Source of the DNA: an uncultured Burkholderiales Genera incertae sedis bacterium | GTDB taxonomy: Bacteria; Pseudomonadota; Gammaproteobacteria; Burkholderiales; Eutrophovitaceae | Assembly: GCA_905479505.1 (NCBI GenBank) | Contig: CAJQMS010000050.1 | Coordinates: 1 to 33,608, forward strand | Reading direction: 5' to 3' | DNA: 33,608 bases | In this document: positions 10,498 through 19,789 of the stretch, in pieces | Layout of the letters: every line of letters begins with the position of its first letter | How positions within the stretch are numbered: the first letter of the stretch is position 1 | Notes under the pieces: model-generated | Database searches by the model: none | What the model saw: only the letters and a program-made list of their open reading frames with translations | Told to the model about the DNA's origin: nothing | Translations under genes and position numbers: made by a program

Positions 10498-11238
10498 CTA
10501 TTCCGTCTCATTCCCCACCAACCCTGTGAGGACCTCCGCGATATGGAGTACTTTCGTTTTATGATTACCTCGACGGCGCAATTTACCCTCAATATTCATC
10601 ATACATCCAAGATCGCCTAGAACGACCGCATCGGCTTCGGTCGCTTCAATATCATCACATTTGAGGTCAACAATTCTCGATGATATGTCGCCGTACTTGA
10701 CCGAGAAGGCGCCTCCAAAACCACAACATTGCTCTGGACCAGACATTTCTTTCACTTCGACGTGATTCAGTCGGTCAAGTAGTTTCCTAGGTTGCTTCTT
10801 AATTCCCAACTCTCTTAAGCCCGCGCACGAATCATGGTAAGTTATCGAGCCTTGGAAAGTTGTATCGAATGAATCGACGTTCAACACATTCACTAAAAAA
10901 TCAGTTAATTCATAAGTTCTGGCTGCTAACCACTGAGCTCGGGCCCGATACTCTGGTGAATCATTCAAAAGCTCTTCATAGTGAGTTTTAACCATCCCCC
11001 CGCAAGATCCTGACGGAATGACCACGTAATCCACATCGGCGAATTCAGATATTACTTTTCGAGCAAACTCTTGAGCTGTATGCCTGTCCCCAGAGTTGTA
11101 CGCTGGTTGTCCACAGCACGTTTGACCCTCCGGAAAAATAACCTCACAGCCCTCTCGTTTTAGTAATTCGAGAGTCGCTAACCCTATGCTTGGCCGCATT
11201 ACATCCGCCAAACACGTAACGAATAATCCTACACGCAT
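10498..11238 (-). CDS. lutA: Lactate utilization (Fe-S) oxidoreductase LutA (YkgE, CCG domains)
   Basis: 246-aa ORF. The N-terminus MRVGLFVTC...CCGQPAYNSG and the second CCG motif (EQCCGFGG) are typical of YkgE/LutA. Confidence 0.85.
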   Translation of the reverse strand: MRVGLFVTCLADVMRPSIGLATLELLKREGCEVIFPEGQTCCGQPAYNSGDRHTAQEFARKVISEFADVDYVVIPSGSCGGMVKTHYEELLNDSPEYRARAQWLAARTYELTDFLVNVLNVDSFDTTFQGSITYHDSCAGLRELGIKKQPRKLLDRLNHVEVKEMSGPEQCCGFGGAFSVKYGDISSRIVDLKCDDIEATEADAVVLGDLGCMMNIEGKLRRRGNHKTKVLHIAEVLTGLVGNETE

Positions 11239-11444
11239 AATTTCCTAACTAAACTTAAAGATGATCCATATTTTGACCGACATCTGAGGTGACATCGCTA
11301 CCTAAATTGGTAGAGAGAGTTTACCACACCCCAGAGCTGTCTCCGGTCTCAAGGACCCAAGTCGATCGCGATGCTTAGTTGATGGGAATGCTGGTTTCAA
11401 TTAGACTTTGCGCATCGCACAATCATCATTCACCACCGATTACC
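11239..11444. promoter_or_regulatory. Divergent lutA / IclR-regulator intergenic control region
   Basis: 206-nt gap between divergently transcribed genes. It contains the inverted repeats CTACC-N6-GGTAG (11298-11313) and GCGATGC (11368-74) / GCATCGC (11412-18). I could not assign a clear sigma70 -35/-10 pair by eye. Confidence 0.35.
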
Positions 11445-12227
11445 ATGCAAGAAAAAAAGGGAAAAACGTCGATACAGGTCATTGATCGAATGATGGAGCT
11501 TCTTGATGCTCTGTCAAAATCCGGTAATCCAGTGAATTTGAAAGAGCTATCAAAGCTTACCAACTTACATCCATCGACCGCCCACAGAATTCTCAACGCA
11601 TTAGCGCATTATCGATTTATAGATCGAGTTCAAACTGGCAGTTACCGTCTAGGGAATCGGTTGCTGGAACTGGGGAACATCACGAAAACGAGAATCGACA
11701 TTCGTTCGGAGGCTCTACCATTCATGAGAGAACTCCATCACCAAATCCGTGAGACTGTTAACCTTTCTATTCGTCAAGGCGATGAGATGGTTTACGTGGA
11801 GAGAGTTACAGCTGAGCACTCGGCTATTCGAGTTGCACATTTAGTGGGGGCTAAAGCACCCTTGCATGTTACAGCCGTCGGTAAAATATTTTTAATCGAA
11901 GACGGCAAAAACGAGACGGTAAAATATGCATCCAGGTGCGGGCTAAAGGTTTTTACGAAGAACACCATAAAAGATACGAAAACATTATTTACCGAAATGG
12001 AAAAGATTCGAATTCAAGGCTTTGCATTTGACAACGAAGAGGCAGAATCTGGGGTGTCGTGTATCGGCGCTGGCATTCATGACGACAGTGGATCAATAGT
12101 TGCCGGTCTTTCGATATCAAGTCCCTCCCACAGGCTCAATAGAAGTTGGGGAAAACACGTCAAAGCAACAGCTGAAAAAATTACTGCGGCGCTGGGTGGC
12201 CCCAAATCCGCACAGCCAAACAGATAA
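11445..12227 (+). CDS. IclR family transcriptional regulator
   Basis: It has an N-terminal winged-HTH (SIQVIDRMMELLDALS...LKELSKLTNLHPSTAHRILNAL) and a C-terminal IclR effector domain (GVSCIGAGI...AGLSISSP). The track starts at a TTG (11379). I use the ATG at 11445 (MQEKKGKTS). Confidence 0.85.
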   Translation: MQEKKGKTSIQVIDRMMELLDALSKSGNPVNLKELSKLTNLHPSTAHRILNALAHYRFIDRVQTGSYRLGNRLLELGNITKTRIDIRSEALPFMRELHHQIRETVNLSIRQGDEMVYVERVTAEHSAIRVAHLVGAKAPLHVTAVGKIFLIEDGKNETVKYASRCGLKVFTKNTIKDTKTLFTEMEKIRIQGFAFDNEEAESGVSCIGAGIHDDSGSIVAGLSISSPSHRLNRSWGKHVKATAEKITAALGGPKSAQPNR

Positions 12228-12254
12228 CTTCTTCTGCCATCATCCCATCTTAAT

Positions 12255-13121
12255 TTATTTCTTACTCTGCCTCTCCATCCATCGACGAACTCTCCCAGCG
12301 TCTCCTAAGGCCGTCAATTTCCCCCACGAATCCAACAAAACCATAATTATTTGTCTTTTCTGTAATGTTGTTTGCATCACTAGACAACGCCCAGACTCGC
12401 TAATGTAACCTGTTTTTGAGAGCCCAATATCCCACCTAGAACTCCGCGCTAGTCTGTTGGAATTAACATACTCTAATGTGATTGGTCGCTTACCAATTTT
12501 TGCTCGAAGCTGGAACGAGGAAGTTGTCGTATATTGTCGGATTAAAGGATAGGCGAATGCGGCCTTTGCCAGTTTAACCAAATCTAATGCGCTAGAGACG
12601 TTACCAGGACGTAAACCGGTTGAGTCAACAAAAGTAGTTTGAGTCATACCTAAAGCCTCAGCCTTTTCATTCATCGCAAGCACAAAAGCTTTCTTACCTC
12701 CTGGGAATTCCCGTGATAAAGCCGCAGACGCTCTGTTTTCGGAAGCCATTAAAGCCAGCTTTAGTACCTCAGCCCTGAGCAAAGTCGTTCCAATACTCAG
12801 TTTCGACCGCGAGCCCTTGTATCGGTCCCTGTCGGCTTTAGCTATCGTGATTGACTCCAGCAAAGGTACACCAGAATCTATAATGACAATAGCTGTCATT
12901 AACTTAGTAACAGATGCAATCGGAGCGATATCACTGGCGTTCTTTTCATAAATGACTTCACCCGTCTCTTGGTCAACGATTAGCGCAACTCGCGACTTGA
13001 GTCCGGGGTTAGAACCACCCTTAGACCAAGCGTCAACTGCCTCGTGACTCCACAAAAAGAGCAGAAGAACACTGAATCCAATACGATAAAAACGAGATCG
13101 TTTTTTTAATAGCAAAGACAT
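12255..13121 (-). CDS. pbpG: D-alanyl-D-alanine endopeptidase (PBP7/PbpG-like, peptidase S11)
   Basis: 288-aa ORF with a signal-peptide-like N-terminus and the SxxK (SVTKLMTA), SxN (SENR) and KTG (LSKTGY) motifs. It is collinear with E. coli PBP7. An AAGGTG Shine-Dalgarno sequence lies just upstream of the ATG. Confidence 0.75.
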   Translation of the reverse strand: MSLLLKKRSRFYRIGFSVLLLFLWSHEAVDAWSKGGSNPGLKSRVALIVDQETGEVIYEKNASDIAPIASVTKLMTAIVIIDSGVPLLESITIAKADRDRYKGSRSKLSIGTTLLRAEVLKLALMASENRASAALSREFPGGKKAFVLAMNEKAEALGMTQTTFVDSTGLRPGNVSSALDLVKLAKAAFAYPLIRQYTTTSSFQLRAKIGKRPITLEYVNSNRLARSSRWDIGLSKTGYISESGRCLVMQTTLQKRQIIMVLLDSWGKLTALGDAGRVRRWMERQSKK

Positions 13122-13189
13122 AACACCTTCAATTATTCATCCATACGCGTTCAAAATTATATACACCTTCACCCCCATTCATATTGATC

Positions 13190-14941
13190 TTAATCTAGCG
13201 GCTGATTTTGCTGAAGGTTCCATAAAATACTGTACTTACCACCCAACTCGAGCAACTCACGGTGTGAACCCCTCTCAACAACCCTACCGTTATCCATCAC
13301 GATGATCTCATGGGCGTGTACAACGGTGGAGAGTCGATGCGCTATGACTAACGAGGTCTTATGCTCCGACACTCGATTCAATGCAACCTGTATTGATCGT
13401 TCACTTCCGGAATCCAGTGACGAAGTGGCCTCATCAAAAACCATAATAGGCGGATTTTTAAGCATTGCTCTGGCAATAGAGATCCTCTGTTTTTCGCCCC
13501 CGGATACTTTTAATCCTCGCTCACCAACACGTGTGTCATAACCCTCCGGTAAAGCATGTAAGAAATTTCCCAATTGAGCCAGATCCACAACAGTTTCGAG
13601 GTCCTCTTGGGAACAAGATGGATCACCATATCTTAAATTGAAGCCCAAAGTATCGTTAAAAAGCACGGTATCTTGAGGCACAACACCGATAGATTTTCTG
13701 TAACTTTCCTGACGGTACTCCTTGACGTCTTTGTTATTAACGAGGATAGCCCCGCTACTAACATCGTACAGACGGAATAAGAGCCTCGCTAACGTCGTTT
13801 TTCCTGACCCGCTCTCTCCTACAACTGCCACAGTCTTACCACTGGGAATAACAAAGCTGACATTAGATAACGTATTTCTTTTTTCATCGTAGGAAAAACA
13901 AACATCTCTAAACTCAATATTAGGACTCCGACAATCAAGCTCAACGGCATCAGTCCGGTCAACAACATCACGTTGCAAATCTAATAGGGAAAACATCTTA
14001 TGCATGTCGATAAAAGCTTGCTTAATTTCCCGATAAACCATTCCCATGAAATTTAGTGGTATGTATAGCTGAATTAACAATCCGTTAACCAGAACTAAGT
14101 CGCCGATCGTGAGTTCCCGTGAAACGACTCCTTGCGAAGTGATAATCATTAAGGATGTAACTGCTACCGCAATAATCACGCTCTGCCCGATATTCAGTAA
14201 CCCAAGTGATGTTTCAGTTTTTACATCGGCTTTTTCATAATTTTTTAAATATTCGTCATATCTTTTGGCTTCGTACTCTTCATTGTTGAAATATTTCACT
14301 GTTTCATAATTTAAAAGACTATCCACCGCATGTGAATTTGACTGTGTATCTATCTCATTTGCTTTGCGGCGAATCTTCATACGCCATTCAGATACTAAGA
14401 ATGTATAGATTAAATAAATGAATACTGCTGAGAAAGTTATCGCAGCAAATCGCCAATCGAAACGATTTAATAAAATAACTGCTACAAAGCTAAACTCTAA
14501 AATAACCGGAATAATAGAAAACAGTGAGTAAGTCAGAACCGTGGAGATACCCCGAGTACCTCTCTCTATCTCCCGAGAGAGCCCTCCGGTATGACGGTCC
14601 AAGTGAAACTTCAAACTCAATCCATGAAGATGGCGAAAAACTTGAAGTGCTATATTCCTTGTCGCACGACGAGTTACTTTCACAAACACGACATCTCGCA
14701 GTTCAGCAAAAATCACAGAGCACAATCTCAATGCTCCGTAGCTCAGCAACAAAGCGACAGGAAGAAAAATTATCTGGTTCTGTTGGGATAGCGAGTCTAC
14801 GACGTCTTTGAGTACGAGTGGAACTCCTACGCTAGCCACCTTTGCTGAAATTAAAAATATGAGCGCTATTAATACTCGGTACTTAAATTTTAGAACATAG
14901 GGTGCTAATGACTTTAAAACCAACCAATTAGTTTTTGTCAA
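13190..14941 (-). CDS. Fused permease/ATPase ABC exporter (ABCB, ATM1/HMT1-like)
   Basis: 583-aa ORF with an N-terminal six-helix transmembrane domain. It has Walker A GESGSGKTT, signature VSGGEKQRISIARA and Walker B IMVFDEATSSLD. There is no ATG near the N-terminus, so the start must be a TTG (14941, or the in-frame TTG six codons downstream). Confidence 0.85.
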   Translation of the reverse strand: MTKTNWLVLKSLAPYVLKFKYRVLIALIFLISAKVASVGVPLVLKDVVDSLSQQNQIIFLPVALLLSYGALRLCSVIFAELRDVVFVKVTRRATRNIALQVFRHLHGLSLKFHLDRHTGGLSREIERGTRGISTVLTYSLFSIIPVILEFSFVAVILLNRFDWRFAAITFSAVFIYLIYTFLVSEWRMKIRRKANEIDTQSNSHAVDSLLNYETVKYFNNEEYEAKRYDEYLKNYEKADVKTETSLGLLNIGQSVIIAVAVTSLMIITSQGVVSRELTIGDLVLVNGLLIQLYIPLNFMGMVYREIKQAFIDMHKMFSLLDLQRDVVDRTDAVELDCRSPNIEFRDVCFSYDEKRNTLSNVSFVIPSGKTVAVVGESGSGKTTLARLLFRLYDVSSGAILVNNKDVKEYRQESYRKSIGVVPQDTVLFNDTLGFNLRYGDPSCSQEDLETVVDLAQLGNFLHALPEGYDTRVGERGLKVSGGEKQRISIARAMLKNPPIMVFDEATSSLDSGSERSIQVALNRVSEHKTSLVIAHRLSTVVHAHEIIVMDNGRVVERGSHRELLELGGKYSILWNLQQNQPLD

Positions 14942-14999
14942 AGGCGATTGTCCAATACGAAAATGCTATGTGGGAGTAAGGTCAGATGTTTTTAACTAC

Positions 15000-16103
15000 T
15001 TAAGAATTAGCCAGCATCCGTTCCATCGAGAGCCTAGCCATATCTTTCTCTGAATCAGCTACAGAAATTTGATTCACGACTGTCCCGTCCATCAAATTTT
15101 CTAGTTGCCATGCCAAGTGCTGCGGATCTATACGATTCATCGTGGAGCACATGCAAACAAGTGGTGACATGAACTCAATCACCTTTCCTTCAGGGCGAAA
15201 TTCATCGGCGATACGATTAACTAAGTTTAATTCAGTCCCCACCAACCATCGGGTGTTGTCCTTCGCCGCACGAATCGTCTCAACAATATACTCAGTGGAT
15301 CCAACAAAGTCGGATTGCTCGCAAACCTCAAATCGACATTCAGGATGTGAGATTACCAATCCATCAGGATGCTTCTCACGAAACCTTACAATGTGTTCCG
15401 GTTGAAACATTTGATGAACCGAACAGTGCCCCTTCCATAAAAGGATCTTCGCTTGTTTAATTTCCTGCTCAGACAGCCCGCCCATCCAAAGATCAGGATC
15501 CCAAACTTTCATATCTGTGTCTTGGTTAAGGCCAATCTGATGCCCCGACCAGCGACCTAAATGTTGGTCTGGAAAAAACAAAATCTTTTTATGTTGACGT
15601 AATCCCCATTCGACAATCCGGCCAGCGTTGGAGGAGGTGCAGACGATACCGTCACGCTCGCCACAAAAGGCTTTTAAGTCTGCAGCAGAATTGATATATG
15701 TGATCGGCGTTATAGACATTTCGTCACCGAGGACTATTTCAAGCTCGCTCCAAGCTCGGTTGACTTTGGACAAATTTGCCATATCCGCCATTGAACAGCC
15801 GGCAGCCAAATCAGGTAGCAAAGCTTTTTGACTAGGCTTAGACATAATATCGGCTACTTCTGCCATAAAATGCACACCACAAAAAATAATATGCTCTGAA
15901 TCTGTTTCCGACGCCAATCTAGAGAGTTTCAAAGAATCCCCGCGTAAATCTGCGTGTTGATAAACATCAGCCCTCTGATAATGGTGACCGAGAATCACTA
16001 AGTCATCTCCAAGTTGGCTTTTCGCAGACTTAATTCGTCCATGACATTCGCCATCAGACAGATCGCGATAGTCTAAAAAATTTCTGCTGACTTCTGAATC
16101 CAT
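15000..16103 (-). CDS. nadA: Quinolinate synthase NadA (Bacillus-type long form)
   Basis: 367-aa ORF with an ATG start. The motifs GHHYQ, CGVHFMAE, GCSMADMA, WKGHCSVH, HPEC and MNRID are collinear with B. subtilis NadA as I recall it. Confidence 0.9.
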   Translation of the reverse strand: MDSEVSRNFLDYRDLSDGECHGRIKSAKSQLGDDLVILGHHYQRADVYQHADLRGDSLKLSRLASETDSEHIIFCGVHFMAEVADIMSKPSQKALLPDLAAGCSMADMANLSKVNRAWSELEIVLGDEMSITPITYINSAADLKAFCGERDGIVCTSSNAGRIVEWGLRQHKKILFFPDQHLGRWSGHQIGLNQDTDMKVWDPDLWMGGLSEQEIKQAKILLWKGHCSVHQMFQPEHIVRFREKHPDGLVISHPECRFEVCEQSDFVGSTEYIVETIRAAKDNTRWLVGTELNLVNRIADEFRPEGKVIEFMSPLVCMCSTMNRIDPQHLAWQLENLMDGTVVNQISVADSEKDMARLSMERMLANS

Positions 16104-16198
16104 GGTGAGTCCTAATTCCCTACGTTTTAGCTGCGACCACTATATTAACGATCGCGTGCAGTTTAAACCTGCGTGATCAAGTGTACATGAGGACACTC

Positions 16199-16663
16199 TC
16201 AAGCTTCAATTCCAATTAATTTTTTTCGGTGTTTCATTAAAAACTTTAGCGCGTCGACATTAGTCCAAGAAAACACCTTTTCAATTGCCTCATCAATCTG
16301 ATACCAGCCGAACTGGGTATGCTCGCGAGGCGATATGTTGATTGGTATGAGTTCAGGAACACACAACCCAAACACGTGCTCCAAGTTGTGCGTCACTCCT
16401 GGAGCGTAACGACCCCGCCAATGCTTAAAAATCTCGAATTCGTTGGACATTTTCCAATTAACAAGGCCATATTGAAACCCGTCAATACCCGTTTCTTCTT
16501 TCAATTCCCTGGCTGCGGTGTCGCTTAGCGCTTCTTTTGGTTCGCAACTGCCGGTCACCGACTGCCAAAAACCCTCACGATCAGCCCTCTCTAGTAAGAG
16601 TATGTCTAGATTTTTGGTATATACCACCACCAATACTGACACAGGATTTTTATACGAGGCCAC
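16199..16663 (-). CDS. nudB: Dihydroneopterin triphosphate diphosphatase (Nudix hydrolase NudB)
   Basis: 154-aa ORF with a Nudix box (GSCEPKEALSDTAARELKEETGI). The segments YKNPVSVLVVVY...FWQSVTG and RYAPGVTHN match E. coli NudB. It lies immediately downstream of aspS, as in E. coli, and uses a GTG start. Confidence 0.75.
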   Translation of the reverse strand: MASYKNPVSVLVVVYTKNLDILLLERADREGFWQSVTGSCEPKEALSDTAARELKEETGIDGFQYGLVNWKMSNEFEIFKHWRGRYAPGVTHNLEHVFGLCVPELIPINISPREHTQFGWYQIDEAIEKVFSWTNVDALKFLMKHRKKLIGIEA

Positions 16664-16693
16664 TTGACTTTATTCGCTTAGCTCATCATCAGA

Positions 16694-18493
16694 CTAATCT
16701 GCGGTTTTATCGCTCTCAGCAGTTTTAACCGTTCCACGAAGCCGAATGTGTAGGTCACGCAACTGCGACTCAGGTACTGCGGAAGGTGCTCCAGTTAGCA
16801 AGTCTTGGCCACGCTGCGTTTTGGGAAATGCGATCACATCCCTAATAGATGAAGCCCCGCACATTAGGGTCACCATCCGGTCCAAACCAAAGGCAATACC
16901 GCCATGAGGCGGAGCACCCCACTTTAAACTGTCCAACAGAAATCCAAACTTGGCTTGCTGGTCATCTGGTGTAATTTTTAGTGCTCGAAAAACTTTTTCC
17001 TGGATGTCAGGTTGATGAATACGAACTGACCCGCCGCCAATTTCCCATCCATTTAAAACCATATCATAGGCCTTTGAGTAAGCCTCACCTGGACTGGTCT
17101 CAATATGTCTATCATGCCCATCCTTTGGAGCCGTAAATGGATGATGCCTAGCAGCCCATTGATTGGACTGTTCGTCGTATTCGAACATCGGGAAATCGAC
17201 AACCCAAAGTGGCTTCCAGCCCGCCTCGACCAGATTTAAATCATGACCAAGCTTCTCTCTTAGCGCTCCCAGTGCATCATTCACTATTGTCGCCTTATCT
17301 GCGCCAAAGAAAACAATATCGCCACTCTTCGCATCCGATAGCTCCATCACCTTTAAAACAACTTCCTCAGACATAAACTTGATAATTGGAGACTGTAATC
17401 CATCAATCCCTAAAGAAATATCATTGACCTTAATATAAGCCAATCCTTTGGCACCATAAATACCGACAAAATCCGTATAGTCATCAATTTGCTTCCGACT
17501 GATTTCCGATCCACCCGGGACTCTGAGCGCGACAACCCTTCCATCAATTAAATCGGCCGCTGACCTAAATACTTTAAACTCCTCCTTTTTCATTAAGTCA
17601 GTGACTTCAGTAAACTGCAAAGGGATTCTTAAATCAGGCTTATCGCTCCCATAAAGTCTCATTACCTCGTCAAATGTCATGACTGGGAAGGTATCCGGCA
17701 AACCAACTTGTAGGGTCTCCTTAAAGCAACTCCTCACCATGTTCTCCATAATGTCCCTGATTTCTTTCTCATCTAGGAACGACGTCTCTATATCGATTTG
17801 TGTGAATTCAGGCTGACGATCAGCGCGCAAATCTTCATCGCGAAAGCACTTCACCACCTGATAATAACGATCAAAACCAGCGACCATTAGCATTTGTTTA
17901 AATAATTGCGGCGATTGCGGTAACGCGTAGAACTGGCCGTCATGCATCCTTGATGGGACAAGAAACTCTCGTGCTCCCTCGGGAGTGGATTTATAAAGAA
18001 AAGGAGTCTCCACATCAATGAATCCGTTTTGATCCAGAAAGTCTCTTAAGAATTTTGAAACGCGAGAACGCAGTCTCAAATTCTTTTGCATTTGAGGACG
18101 GCGCAAATCAAAAACTCTGTTTTCTAATCTAACCATCTCTGAAGGCTCGTCCTCGTCCAGGGGAAAAGGAGGCGTCTCTGAGGTATTCAAAATTTCGATA
18201 TTCTTCGCTAGAATCTCAATTTCACCGCTGATTAAAGAATCATTTACTGTCCCCTCTGGCCGTCGGCGAACTCGACCTGTAATACTCAGAACATATTCAC
18301 TACGGGCACGATCACCAACCTGAAAAGCGTCCGCATTATCTGGGTCACAAACAACTTGAACGACGCCTTCACGATCACGTAAGTCGATGAAAATAACTCC
18401 GCCATGATCCCTTCTTCGGTGGACCCACCCAAATAAATTTACATCCTGATCAAGATACTTTGAATCAATAAGCCCACAGTAATTTGTTCGCAT
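16694..18493 (-). CDS. aspS: Aspartate--tRNA ligase
   Basis: 599-aa ORF with an ATG start. It has the class IIb synthetase motifs ([40 protein letters not shown]), the bacterial insertion domain and an N-terminal OB anticodon-binding fold. Confidence 0.95.
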   Translation of the reverse strand: MRTNYCGLIDSKYLDQDVNLFGWVHRRRDHGGVIFIDLRDREGVVQVVCDPDNADAFQVGDRARSEYVLSITGRVRRRPEGTVNDSLISGEIEILAKNIEILNTSETPPFPLDEDEPSEMVRLENRVFDLRRPQMQKNLRLRSRVSKFLRDFLDQNGFIDVETPFLYKSTPEGAREFLVPSRMHDGQFYALPQSPQLFKQMLMVAGFDRYYQVVKCFRDEDLRADRQPEFTQIDIETSFLDEKEIRDIMENMVRSCFKETLQVGLPDTFPVMTFDEVMRLYGSDKPDLRIPLQFTEVTDLMKKEEFKVFRSAADLIDGRVVALRVPGGSEISRKQIDDYTDFVGIYGAKGLAYIKVNDISLGIDGLQSPIIKFMSEEVVLKVMELSDAKSGDIVFFGADKATIVNDALGALREKLGHDLNLVEAGWKPLWVVDFPMFEYDEQSNQWAARHHPFTAPKDGHDRHIETSPGEAYSKAYDMVLNGWEIGGGSVRIHQPDIQEKVFRALKITPDDQQAKFGFLLDSLKWGAPPHGGIAFGLDRMVTLMCGASSIRDVIAFPKTQRGQDLLTGAPSAVPESQLRDLHIRLRGTVKTAESDKTAD

Positions 18494-18559
18494 TACAATT
18501 ATTTTCCAAGTTGTTATTGAATAGTTTAGGTAGTCAGACTCCCACCATTGAGAGACTAT

Positions 18560-18874
18560 TTAATCGTTTTTCTTTGCTTTCGACTCGGTTTTTAAAGCTG
18601 GTTCTTTCGAACTCTTCTCTGCAGCGGAACTGGCTGACTTCTTAGAATCCTCGCTACTCTTTGAGTCCTCGGTACCCGACGGTTTCGTTTTCTTATCCTT
18701 AAAATCCGTGACATACCATCCAGCGCCCTTCAGCTGAAATCCAGCAGCGCTAACCAACTTGACTAATGAAGGCGCATTACACTTAGGACAGTCGACCAAA
18801 GGGTCCGCTGACATTTTTTGTAGCGCTTCGTGCTCGTATCCACACGAAGAACATCGATACTCATAAATTGGCAT
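18560..18874 (-). CDS. FmdB-family putative regulatory zinc-ribbon protein
   Basis: It has the MPIYEYRCSSCGYEHE...CPKC CxxC-N-CxxC zinc-ribbon motif, followed by a Lys/Ser/Glu-rich tail. The track starts two codons upstream at a TTG. I use the ATG at 18874. Confidence 0.8.
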   Translation of the reverse strand: MPIYEYRCSSCGYEHEALQKMSADPLVDCPKCNAPSLVKLVSAAGFQLKGAGWYVTDFKDKKTKPSGTEDSKSSEDSKKSASSAAEKSSKEPALKTESKAKKND

Positions 18875-18999
18875 GTTCAAACCCTATTTTAATCCGCATA
18901 GTATATCGTACAAAGTGAATTATTATCGAATATGAAAATCGTCACGGAAGAGATATACATAATCTAAAAGTTAGGCGTCAAAAACGTTCATCCGCTATC

Positions 19000-19770
19000 A
19001 TGACGTATAATTCTCGAATGCTCGACAATCACACTTTCGTAGGACAGCAAAGAGTTATAAGTTACAGGACTGGTGGAGTTTCAGCACCAGAGAATTCACT
19101 CGCTGGTCTTAAACACGCTCGTAACCTTGGCTTTCAAAATATTCATTTTAACGTTCGGTTAACTGCAGATGGAATACCGGTTCTTGCATCGAATGAAATC
19201 ATTTGTAATAACGCAGCTCAAGAATCCATTTTAAGCGAAGTATTTTTTGATCAAATCAACAGCGTAGATATTGGCAGTGACTATGGAAATGAATATATTG
19301 GCGAAACACTACCGACACTCTACCAAGCCTTGTCAGCCTGCATTGAACCTGAGATTAGGCCGATAATCGAGTTAACGCCCAGCGCTGGCCAAGAGCGGTC
19401 AATTTCAGAAATTTGCCTCGATATTATCAAAAGCGTCGGAACAGAAAAAGTTCTATTTCCTCTAATTGTGTCCAGAAATGCACTAACGCTAAAGACATTG
19501 ATGTCTATCTCACCCGACACAACAAGAGGGTTAATATGGAATGATAATTTACTGGATAACGACAACGTTCATGACGATCTAATGTGTCACTGTGTGTTAA
19601 TCCCAAATCAAATAGTGACTAGTAAGCTCGTCAAAACGTTGCATCTAAGGCAACTCTCAGTGATTTCAACAAACATTAACGATAGTATCGAAGCGGTCAC
19701 AGCTATCGAACACAAAGTTGACGCAATCATGACATCTCAGATAGATGCGATCGGACCTTATTTTTACTGA
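19000..19770 (+). CDS. Glycerophosphodiester phosphodiesterase (GDPD/UgpQ-like) family protein with a substituted active site
   Basis: 256-aa ORF collinear with UgpQ: APENSL, GETLPTL, IIELTP, TRGLIW and the C-terminal VDAIMTSQIDAIGPYF. The canonical HRG, ExD and HD motifs read YRT, HFN and SN (see finding). There is no clear Shine-Dalgarno sequence, and an alternative ATG lies at 19018. Confidence 0.7.
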   Translation: MTYNSRMLDNHTFVGQQRVISYRTGGVSAPENSLAGLKHARNLGFQNIHFNVRLTADGIPVLASNEIICNNAAQESILSEVFFDQINSVDIGSDYGNEYIGETLPTLYQALSACIEPEIRPIIELTPSAGQERSISEICLDIIKSVGTEKVLFPLIVSRNALTLKTLMSISPDTTRGLIWNDNLLDNDNVHDDLMCHCVLIPNQIVTSKLVKTLHLRQLSVISTNINDSIEAVTAIEHKVDAIMTSQIDAIGPYFY

Positions 19771-19789
19771 CAATTCCCCACCAAAATAC

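Noticed and set aside
12100-12408. 102-aa plus-strand ORF spanning the convergent IclR/pbpG junction.
   Set aside because: It overlaps the 3' ends of two well-supported genes in other frames or strands, and its product has no recognisable features.
16104-16198. Imperfect palindrome around GCAG-TTTAAAC-CTGC between nudB and nadA, considered as a terminator or an NAD-regulator site.
   Set aside because: The stem is only 4 bp, there is no U-tract, and it matches no regulator motif I can name.
18932-18967. 11-codon mini-ORF (MKIVTEEIYII) in the fmdB/GDPD divergent intergenic region.
   Set aside because: It has no Shine-Dalgarno sequence and no recognisable leader-peptide or attenuator structure. 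Its length is consistent with chance in AT-rich DNA.
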